Shown here one piece after another: positions 53,719 through 61,720 of a stretch of DNA of 64,000 bases (positions within the stretch are counted from its first letter, which is position 1; every line of letters begins with the position of its first letter). Under the pieces are notes generated by a model. The model searched no databases. It saw nothing but the letters and a program-made list of their open reading frames with translations, and was not told where the DNA came from. The stretch spans positions 1 to 64,000 of the IMG/VR virus record IMGVR_UViG_3300013947_000034; one strand, given 5' to 3'. The position numbers and the translations under genes are program-made. This DNA comes from a virus. Taxonomy: Duplodnaviria; Caudoviricetes.

Positions 53719-53761
53719 AATTAATATAATGATTAGCAAGTATTTATTTACTAGTTATGTA

Positions 53762-54100
53762 CTAAATACACATGGGTTCAACATTTTTATTCTTTAGAGT
53801 TGCTTCAGCAGTAGCGAGACGATAAACTCTTGAAGTATTTAGCCATTTATATGCTAAATCTCTAAGATGTCTTACTGTATGAACAGTTCTATTAAGAATG
53901 CTTGCAATAGTGGTTACACTAAATCCAGCATGAAGCATTTGTTCAACTATCATAGCTCTAGTCATAACTACATTTTCAGCACGACTTTTACCAAGTACAT
54001 CTTTTCTAGTAATATTAAATGTACCATCAGGAAGAGTAGTTCCACAACATTGAATTACATTATCGATTACTCTCCACAATTCTTTCTCTTTATCGTTCAT
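53762..54100 (-). CDS. DnaA C-terminal-domain-like HTH DNA-binding protein
   Basis: ITRKDVLGKSRAENVVMTRAMIV...SVTTIASILNRTVHTVRH mirrors the Bac_DnaA_C signature. Confidence 0.7.
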   Translation of the reverse strand: MNDKEKELWRVIDNVIQCCGTTLPDGTFNITRKDVLGKSRAENVVMTRAMIVEQMLHAGFSVTTIASILNRTVHTVRHLRDLAYKWLNTSRVYRLATAEATLKNKNVEPMCI

Positions 54101-54127
54101 AATTAGAAAAGTTAAATGATTATTAAA

Positions 54128-54445
54128 TTATTCTACTGTTCCATCATCAGAACTAGTAGACGAACCACTACTTATGTCTTCTGATTCTTTAATCTTAATA
54201 TCTCCATATTTATTAGCAAGTTGCTTAGCAACATAATTTATATAGAGATTAGCTAGCTTAGTATCATTAAGAGCATAAGCAGCACAAGCAGCTTGAAATA
54301 TGTTCCAACAGTTAAACATGACACTACCATCGCCTTTGCAACCGTAAGAACAATCGTTAAGAATAGCTTCACCTGCTTGACTAATTACAGTAAGAAGCCT
54401 AACATAAATATCTTCCCATTCATCAGGAACTTGTAAAACTATCAT
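54128..54445 (-). CDS. hypothetical protein
   Basis: 105-aa ORF coupled to the upstream gene. Confidence 0.7.
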   Translation of the reverse strand: MIVLQVPDEWEDIYVRLLTVISQAGEAILNDCSYGCKGDGSVMFNCWNIFQAACAAYALNDTKLANLYINYVAKQLANKYGDIKIKESEDISSGSSTSSDDGTVE

Positions 54446-54657
54446 AATACTATCACTTTATTATTAAACTTATTAATATCAAAATCAATAATTCTATCAC
54501 TATGTTTAAGCACAGCTTTATACATAGCAATAGTTGTAAGTTTGAGAGTCTTATCTCTATTAACTACAAAACCTTGAGCAGCTAGATACTCAAGAGTATT
54601 CACAACTCCTTTTTCTAACTCCTCAAGGTTTTTTGTAGTGTCAGTTACATTATTCAT
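54442..54657 (-). CDS. hypothetical protein
   Basis: 71-aa ORF in the operon. Confidence 0.65.
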   Translation of the reverse strand: MNNVTDTTKNLEELEKGVVNTLEYLAAQGFVVNRDKTLKLTTIAMYKAVLKHSDRIIDFDINKFNNKVIVL

Positions 54658-54669
54658 AAGAACATCTTA

Positions 54670-55293
54670 TTAATGATTAAACACTTTGTTATTTACATAT
54701 ATAGAATATTCATTAGTAAGAATAAGAAGTTTATTAGTTACTTGAATAATTCTATTATCTTTATCTTGACCATCGTAAATAATAGCAAGACATTCGTTGG
54801 TTACTGTATCAATCCAATCTTCTTTAAGTTTAGTAGCAATACATACACCATCTACATCATACGCAGAGAAAACATTATAAAGCTTATAATACTCGGTACT
54901 TATTACCTTGAATAGGTTCTGCTTTATCAATTCTTTATTCTGTTCTATATTGTTATGAATAATAACATCATGACAATTAGAAGCAATAACACCTTTAAAA
55001 TTACCAAAAGCAGTTTCAATAGTATTCTTTACTTTACTGCGTTCTTTATTCTCAGCATCACGGAAAGCTTTATCTAAGACACCATTAAGCTTAACTACAT
55101 TCTCGCTTACTTGCTTGATTGCAGTAGCCATTTCAACCATCGGACGATTACGGTTCTTAGCCTTAAACAAATCAACTAACTTAATAATAAGAGTATAAGC
55201 AAGATATACTCCGCTACTAATAAGTACTGTGATATAAGAAGTATCTTTAATTGATTCAGCTATAATATCATTTATTTGATTAAATTCATCCAT
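54670..55293 (-). CDS. membrane-anchored helical protein (possible lysis function)
   Basis: N-terminal transmembrane segment YITVLISSGVYLAYTLII followed by a coiled coil. Confidence 0.6.
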   Translation of the reverse strand: MDEFNQINDIIAESIKDTSYITVLISSGVYLAYTLIIKLVDLFKAKNRNRPMVEMATAIKQVSENVVKLNGVLDKAFRDAENKERSKVKNTIETAFGNFKGVIASNCHDVIIHNNIEQNKELIKQNLFKVISTEYYKLYNVFSAYDVDGVCIATKLKEDWIDTVTNECLAIIYDGQDKDNRIIQVTNKLLILTNEYSIYVNNKVFNH

Positions 55294-55299
55294 AGCTAA

Positions 55300-55351
55300 A
55301 CAATAAAGACGGAAAGCCGCCCTGTAAAAGGTGAGACGAGCAGCATTCCGT
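55300..55351 (-). terminator. intrinsic terminator whose 3' arm includes a 20-bp motif copy
   Basis: On the - strand: GACGGAA-T-GCTGCTC...GGGCGGC-T-TTCCGTC followed by TTTATTGTTT. Confidence 0.7.
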
Positions 55352-55375
55352 CTATCAACTAAAACCTATTGAATA

Positions 55376-56287
55376 TTACTTCTTTTCATCGTTAGATGAA
55401 GCATCAACGTTCGCAGCTGCATGATTAGAAGGAGCGCCTTCCAAAGTAAGAACTGTATCGAGTGAACCAGTTAAAGTATCATTAGCTACTGGAACAGCAA
55501 TAATAACTTCTTGCCATACAGCCTCGTCACGAGTACGACCGTAAGCACGAGGATACTTAAATCGAATGTTATAAAGCTTATAATCATCGGAATCAACAAC
55601 CATTGGATAACCAGGATAAATAGAAGCACCTTCCTGATAAGTATTGTTGAAACCACGGTTCTGAGCACATACAGAAGCAAGATTCTTAACATAAGCGCCG
55701 TCACAAGTTGGAGCTACACCGTGAGTTTGAGTTACAGCTGTACCAACAAGGTCGTCAGCGGCAATCAAATTCCAATCCTTCCAATCAGTACCAGTAATAG
55801 TAATTTTAGCATCTGCTACAGTTACTTTAAGCTCAAGTTCTGGATTACCAGCCTCAATCATATTAGTAAACTGCTTAGCAAGACTAGCAGCCATAGTAGT
55901 AGCAGTAGTCTTATGGGAACCGTTATCAGTAACAGTCCAACTATTACGTTCATGCTTAATAGCACCAACCTTAACAAGTTGAAGAGTATAATCTTTACCT
56001 GCAACTGGAGCAGGAATAGTAATCTCACCTTTAAAGTGAACTCCAGTTGTCTTCGTGATAGTAGTTACACGAGCAGAAGCAAAGTCAATTGGAATAACTA
56101 CGGCTTGACTATTAGGACGACCATAAGCAATACTAAAGTCAGCAGTAGGAGCAGCAGCAAGGAATTGACTATCATCGTCATTCTGCCAAATACCCACAGT
56201 ACCAGCATTTACACCAGTAAGGTCTTGAGGCTTAGCAGGAGTAGCTGCAAGAGTAGCATCAGCACTACAAATAAACAGTTGTTTCAT
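55376..56287 (-). CDS. capsid-associated (auxiliary) structural protein
   Basis: 303 aa, beta-rich, highly expressed-type codon usage, third gene after the MCP. Confidence 0.55.
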   Translation of the reverse strand: MKQLFICSADATLAATPAKPQDLTGVNAGTVGIWQNDDDSQFLAAAPTADFSIAYGRPNSQAVVIPIDFASARVTTITKTTGVHFKGEITIPAPVAGKDYTLQLVKVGAIKHERNSWTVTDNGSHKTTATTMAASLAKQFTNMIEAGNPELELKVTVADAKITITGTDWKDWNLIAADDLVGTAVTQTHGVAPTCDGAYVKNLASVCAQNRGFNNTYQEGASIYPGYPMVVDSDDYKLYNIRFKYPRAYGRTRDEAVWQEVIIAVPVANDTLTGSLDTVLTLEGAPSNHAAANVDASSNDEKK

Positions 56288-56315
56288 TATTAATTATTTT
56301 ATAAGTTATACAATA

Positions 56316-57221
56316 TTATTGGGCACTAGGTTGATAACCCTCATCTCTAGCATTGTTACGAACGTTTTCACGTTGTTGTTGCTGTTGAGCACCTTGAGCA
56401 GCAGCAAGACCACCATTAAGAGCAGTACGATACAAATCAACTGCGTGCTTAACAATATCAACGTGCATACTCTCAGGAAGTTCACAATCAACATCTTCAC
56501 CACCAATATCTTCATTGAAATGAACAGTACCAGGCTTACCAATATAAGATAAACGAATTTCGTTTACACTAAGACCATCACCAAACTTATAAGTATCAGG
56601 AGTACTCTTAGTGGCAGCATCCGGTTTATCAATATAAAGTTCAATATTGTTATCATGAATTGTAGCAACAGGACTACGAAGATTTGGAGCCATTACAAAA
56701 TCATTAACAACATCGGCAAGATATTGGTCATCAACAAGACGAATAGGGAAGATATTAGTTGTAAAACTACCACCACCAACAGCTTTAGTATAATCAATAC
56801 TCAAATCTACAAGGAAGAAGTATTCAATACTTGCAGGTTTACCATCACCAGTTGCATCAGCAGCATAAATAGCATCACCTTTCTTAATAGTACTATCATT
56901 AGCTTCACTAGCTAAACGGAAGTTTGTAAGAGGAAGAATGTAACTAGCAATATAATTAGTCTTTGGAGTAGGAAGAGTAACTTTACCCTTCCATACTCTA
57001 TAAAGACTTTTAAGAGCATTGACTTGATTGAGCTTAGAGTTATCAGTAATTACTCTATCACTAGTAGTACCAATGTTTTGAGCAATCACTTGATTAACAG
57101 TGTCCGAAATGGAGTTGTTCAGGAGTAAGTCTATCTGCGATGGCAAGATAGCTCTCACATTTTGCATACCCATTTGTTGAGCATAATTTCTGAACATTTG
57201 ATGCATTTCAGCAGTAGTCAT
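56316..57221 (-). CDS. conserved crAss structural (neck/ring) protein
   Basis: MTTAEMHQMF...MGMQNVRAILPSQIDLLLN N-terminus and CELPESMHVDIVKHAV C-terminus; synteny with the MCP. Confidence 0.65.
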   Translation of the reverse strand: MTTAEMHQMFRNYAQQMGMQNVRAILPSQIDLLLNNSISDTVNQVIAQNIGTTSDRVITDNSKLNQVNALKSLYRVWKGKVTLPTPKTNYIASYILPLTNFRLASEANDSTIKKGDAIYAADATGDGKPASIEYFFLVDLSIDYTKAVGGGSFTTNIFPIRLVDDQYLADVVNDFVMAPNLRSPVATIHDNNIELYIDKPDAATKSTPDTYKFGDGLSVNEIRLSYIGKPGTVHFNEDIGGEDVDCELPESMHVDIVKHAVDLYRTALNGGLAAAQGAQQQQQRENVRNNARDEGYQPSAQ

Positions 57222-57232
57222 ATCTCTATCTA

Positions 57233-58372
57233 TTAAATCAATTTGAGTTTATTTTCTAACTTAGTCTTCAGACCAGCATTGTTAGGATTATCAAAGAAAG
57301 CAATAGCATCATTAATGTTAGCTCCAACGAAATCACCATCAGGAGTACTAATCTGTTGATTAAAGTCAGAACGTACAAGTTCACCACGTGCAATAAGTGT
57401 TTCAATAAACGCCTTGCTCATCAATTTGCGGTCACTAACAAGTTCGTTGAACTTACGAGGATTTGTAGTAGCAAAATCCATAAGTTCCTTAGTCTGAATA
57501 AGACCATTCTTAGCAAGACCATCGGCAAGATTAATTCCACTATATACACAATAGTTGATATAAACTGCACTTGTCTTAGTAGGAGAAGATTGAAGCTCTA
57601 CAAGATGCTTCATGGCAGCTTGTTGTTCCTTAATAAGTTTCTCCTTACGAGCCTCTTCTTTACGTACATCTTTAATGTAGAAACGAAGATTAGCATTACT
57701 ATTGATGAAAGCTTCATCTTTAGCAACATCAGGATAATTAAGACAATGACGATAAATAATATATTGCTCAAGATTAAGAGGGTCACCATATTGGTACTTA
57801 GTACTCTCAAGATTAAACAAATCATTATCACGCATTACAGCAGCTTCATAGAGTTTAGCGGCATTAGAACGGTCAACCTCATTATACTTAGCCCAAATTC
57901 TATCCTCAGCAGCCTTAATCTTCAAATAATCTCTCTTATGGTGATAACGGAAAGAAATATCAATCTTTCTCTCAGTATCACGAATATCAAGAAACATATT
58001 ATTAAGATAATTCTTAACACGAGTAATAAACTCTGGGTTATTAGAAGCAACACCTACAAGTTCAGGGAAATAATGTTCTACTTCACCTTTGTTACTCATA
58101 AGTTTACGAACTGAATTGACAGAAGAACCAATCATATTACGAGGTTTACCAATAGCAGCCATATTCATTCTACGATAAGCAGAATAATTAAGTACAGAAG
58201 CAATGATAATAAATCGCTTATCAATATACTCTTCATCAAGTTCAGCTTCTAATGCAGCTTTCTTAGCGGCTTCCTCTTCAGCTACAGTAGGATTTTGTTT
58301 TGCAGCATTCTCTTGAGGAGCATCATTACTATTTGAAGGACTCATGTCCAAAGGGACTTTAATATCAGTCAT
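57233..58372 (-). CDS. conserved crAss protein immediately downstream of the MCP
   Basis: 379 aa; syntenic with the conserved crAss capsid block. Confidence 0.65.
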   Translation of the reverse strand: MTDIKVPLDMSPSNSNDAPQENAAKQNPTVAEEEAAKKAALEAELDEEYIDKRFIIIASVLNYSAYRRMNMAAIGKPRNMIGSSVNSVRKLMSNKGEVEHYFPELVGVASNNPEFITRVKNYLNNMFLDIRDTERKIDISFRYHHKRDYLKIKAAEDRIWAKYNEVDRSNAAKLYEAAVMRDNDLFNLESTKYQYGDPLNLEQYIIYRHCLNYPDVAKDEAFINSNANLRFYIKDVRKEEARKEKLIKEQQAAMKHLVELQSSPTKTSAVYINYCVYSGINLADGLAKNGLIQTKELMDFATTNPRKFNELVSDRKLMSKAFIETLIARGELVRSDFNQQISTPDGDFVGANINDAIAFFDNPNNAGLKTKLENKLKLI

Positions 58373-58392
58373 AGCTTTATAAGTTTAATGAA

Positions 58393-59871
58393 TTACAATA
58401 CACACTTCAACTGGAAGAACTTAGTAGCCTTGTCTACTTGCAAACCGAATGAATTCTTAACCTCATAACGAGAGCAGTCAATATCAGTAGCAAGAGAATT
58501 AGTAGGAACAGCACCCCAAGAAGCAGGAATAGGAGTAAGACCTTTAATCACACCATTAATATAAACTTGACCCTTCTTACGAACCTTACGAATGTTGTTA
58601 TGACCATTATAAGAAGAAGCGTCGAGCATAAATGCTTGATGAGAAGTCATAGGATAACCAGTACGAGGATGTACATCACCATTAGCCTTAGCGTTCTCAG
58701 CAAAAGTACCACGGTCGAGGAATGAAAGATGTTTCAAAGTAATCATATGACCATCAACAGTCTTATACTGACGGAAGTAGTTACCATAAGAAAGACCGCT
58801 AGCAGAAGTTTGAATCATCTTATCACCAAGAGGAGTAACAAAACCCTCACTCTTAGCCTCATTCTTAATAGCACGGTCAAAGTCCTCTACGAAACCTTTA
58901 CCACAAGCAAGAACAACATCCATATTACCAGTGTCTGTATCCTTATCAAGAACATCACCAACAGTACGAACAAGCTTATTGATTGTAAGCTCTTCACCAT
59001 AAGTGTCGTAATTAGATTCACGACAAATCTGTTGCATACCTGCTGTATGAGGAATTGGCTGACCATTATCTTCATCAACAAGAGTAATCTCACCATTGAT
59101 GGTCTTATTATACTCAGCAAACCACAAACGCTCCTCATTCATTACACGTTGCTGTAACTCAAACTGGCGCATCTCCTCATTAATCCAAAGATTAGTAGTA
59201 CCGCCACCAGTAGTCTTAAACTCATAAGTTACAATAGTGTTTGCAATGTTACCTGCAATCTCCTTACTAAAACGATGGAACTCAAGTTGAGAAGTCATCT
59301 TACCAGGTCCCATAGTATTAGTACGATTACCCTTAGAATAACTCTCTGGAATAGTAGGAGCAGTCAAAGACCAACTTTTACCTACAGTCAAGTTCTTAGC
59401 TACATCGACAAAAGCTTGTGGGTTAGGATTTGTAATACGAAGACGATACAAGTAACCACCATGAGCACCAGCACCAAGGTCTTTCATAATACGAACTTGA
59501 GTTACACCATCAGGAGCAATCAAACCATACTGCTCAATAAACCAATGAGTACGGAACTCAACTTCAAAAGTAGCACCACCCTTACCAGGAGTTGTATTAG
59601 CGTTGTTAAACCAAAGTACAGTATCGTTGAACTTCATACGACCCATAGTCTTCCAAGTCCAATCAGTAGTATCAATATCAACTGTACCAGCAGTACCTTG
59701 ACCTTCAGTCAAGAAATTAAGTGGGAATCTATCATCATCCATACCAAAAGTATAGGTGAGCATAGAATTAATCTCACTAGGTTTAGATAACATAAGATGA
59801 GCAATGGTTTCTTCATTAGAATAACCACGGTCTTCATAGTTACCACGTTGTACTTCACGAATTGCGTACAT
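58393..59871 (-). CDS. major capsid protein
   Basis: 492 aa with strongly optimised codons; motifs DDRFPLNFLTEG, YIDTTDWTWK-like segment, MTSQLEFHRFS and GMQQI; position after the portal and scaffold-like genes. Confidence 0.88.
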   Translation of the reverse strand: MYAIREVQRGNYEDRGYSNEETIAHLMLSKPSEINSMLTYTFGMDDDRFPLNFLTEGQGTAGTVDIDTTDWTWKTMGRMKFNDTVLWFNNANTTPGKGGATFEVEFRTHWFIEQYGLIAPDGVTQVRIMKDLGAGAHGGYLYRLRITNPNPQAFVDVAKNLTVGKSWSLTAPTIPESYSKGNRTNTMGPGKMTSQLEFHRFSKEIAGNIANTIVTYEFKTTGGGTTNLWINEEMRQFELQQRVMNEERLWFAEYNKTINGEITLVDEDNGQPIPHTAGMQQICRESNYDTYGEELTINKLVRTVGDVLDKDTDTGNMDVVLACGKGFVEDFDRAIKNEAKSEGFVTPLGDKMIQTSASGLSYGNYFRQYKTVDGHMITLKHLSFLDRGTFAENAKANGDVHPRTGYPMTSHQAFMLDASSYNGHNNIRKVRKKGQVYINGVIKGLTPIPASWGAVPTNSLATDIDCSRYEVKNSFGLQVDKATKFFQLKCVL

Positions 59872-59902
59872 ACTTAAACGAATTAATTAATTAAACAATA
59901 AC

Positions 59903-61267
59903 TTAACTAAACTGAATATCATCAGTTGCATTTTTATTATCTTTAGCTGGTTTAGTAATTCGTACAGTACCACGACCTTTATTTTGTTTAGCTGTTAATC
60001 TGAGAGTTTTAACTTCATGTTCTCTAACAGCCATCTTTACTAGGTCTTCATAAGAACCACCTGTGTACATTAACCAAGCTTGTAGAATTTCATTATTAAG
60101 AGCATCTTCAGGAGTTTGTTTAGCAAGAGCACGTTCATAACCAGTAGCTACATTACCTTGCTCGTCTTTAATACCTCTTGAAAGATAATCATAAAAATCG
60201 TTAGGAGTAACAGTAACCTTTTGTCCATTAACCTCACGAACAAGAGATTCAGGAAGTTGATAATTACCAACCTTACGACCTTCAACGACAGTTTTTACAT
60301 TATTCCAATAAGCAATAGTATCTTGTTCTTGTTGCTTACGTTGAGCTTCAGCTTGTTTAGCAGTCTCTTCATCACGTTTTTTATCAGCAGCTTGAAGATT
60401 AGCTAACTGAGTTTTAGCTTCATCATAAAGACCACCAGAATCTTTAAGATACTTAATGTAATTATCATTGAGAGAAGCATTACCAAACTCTCTAGCAGCA
60501 GCTTTGATGATTGCAATCTGTTGCTCTTCGGACTTTTCATCAACAGTCAAACCACTACGGTCAGGACGTTCACCAAATCCACGAGGGTCACCATTGTTAA
60601 CAGTAAGATAATCAACAAACTGTTTGAGGATTGGATTATCAACAAATACTTTGTTTACAGCAGCTTGAGCAACTTCATTAGACTTGAGTTCAATAGCAGA
60701 ATTAATATAACTCTTAATACCATCTATATCATCAGTAAATTCAACTGGCTTACCTTCTTCATCAGTAATGTCAATATCAAGAGCTTTACGAATATTTTCA
60801 AGATTAACATCAGCACCAGGTTCGTCTACCTGAAGAGAATCAATCCAACCCTTAACGTCTTTAGCTTCTTTAAAAACTTTACCATCCTTATCTACAAGGT
60901 CGCCATTATCAGCAACAGTATAAGTTTGACCTTCAAACTCAACTCGCATACCTTTCTCTAGCTCCCCGGTAGAAGGTGTAGTATCGTTTCCATTATCATC
61001 TTTACCGTCAGCATCTTTAGTATCAGCAGAATGCTCATCACCAGATTTATCATCTTTGTCATCTTTACTGTCGGAAGCGTTACCGTCACCATCTGCGCCT
61101 GTACCGTCACCGTCTTTTCCTTCTCCATCACCTTTGCCGTCTTTACCAGTAATATCGGTAGTATCAGTACCACTGTTACCACCAGTTCCAGTAAAATCAA
61201 TATCGAGTACTGGAGCACAAAGACGAGCATGAGGTTTAAAACCTAGAGTATTACGAAATACAAACAT
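59903..61267 (-). CDS. acidic scaffold-like protein upstream of the MCP
   Basis: D/G/K-rich disordered N-terminus and helical C-terminus; -7 box TACATTTG at 61321-61328 on the - strand. Confidence 0.7.
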   Translation of the reverse strand: MFVFRNTLGFKPHARLCAPVLDIDFTGTGGNSGTDTTDITGKDGKGDGEGKDGDGTGADGDGNASDSKDDKDDKSGDEHSADTKDADGKDDNGNDTTPSTGELEKGMRVEFEGQTYTVADNGDLVDKDGKVFKEAKDVKGWIDSLQVDEPGADVNLENIRKALDIDITDEEGKPVEFTDDIDGIKSYINSAIELKSNEVAQAAVNKVFVDNPILKQFVDYLTVNNGDPRGFGERPDRSGLTVDEKSEEQQIAIIKAAAREFGNASLNDNYIKYLKDSGGLYDEAKTQLANLQAADKKRDEETAKQAEAQRKQQEQDTIAYWNNVKTVVEGRKVGNYQLPESLVREVNGQKVTVTPNDFYDYLSRGIKDEQGNVATGYERALAKQTPEDALNNEILQAWLMYTGGSYEDLVKMAVREHEVKTLRLTAKQNKGRGTVRITKPAKDNKNATDDIQFS

Positions 61268-61651
61268 ACTTTAATTGATTAAATGATTAATAAATAAACT
61301 AACTGTTTTATTAGTTGCTGCAAATGTATTACTATTAATTTAATTACCATTGTTAGCACTCTTTGTTTATAGTTTATTAATAGCATAAGCAAAAGTATTA
61401 TTAATATAATGTATAAGTCTACTAATGTAAACATTTGTAGCACTAGTTATAGCACTAAGTCAATTAGTAGCATTATGTATCAAACCGATGCTCATAGGTG
61501 CTTTCGCTGACAACTCTGTGTCGGGAACATTCGATTTTTGCTACAATCCTTTTACAGGGCGGCTTTAAAATGCTTTCGTGAATAACTTATCACCAACTAA
61601 TCGAAAGTGCCACAGAGAAGAATTTAAAATATTAAATTTGCTATCAATATA

Positions 61652-61689
61652 TAAAAGAAAAGGAGCAGCACTCTCACGAGCACCACTCC
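61652..61689 (-). terminator. intrinsic terminator after the portal gene
   Basis: On the - strand: GGAGTGGTGCTC-gtga-GAGTGCTGCTCC followed by TTTTCTTTT. Confidence 0.8.
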
Positions 61690-61720
61690 CAACATGAAAA
61701 AAATTACATATAATTGTGTG

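Larger units (their letters stand above)
3169..61564. repeat. dispersed 20-bp motif family, 20 copies, consensus ATACCTTYTAYMGGGCGGCT
   Basis: + orientation copies start at 3169, 6081, 11903, 17198, 21180, 28196, 31325, 40754, 51655, 61545. Reverse-complement copies start at 3224, 12668, 20274, 23514, 33387, 40717, 45770, 51619, 55315, 60960. All contain CTTYTAYMGGG. Found by eye, so the count is a minimum. Confidence 0.95.
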
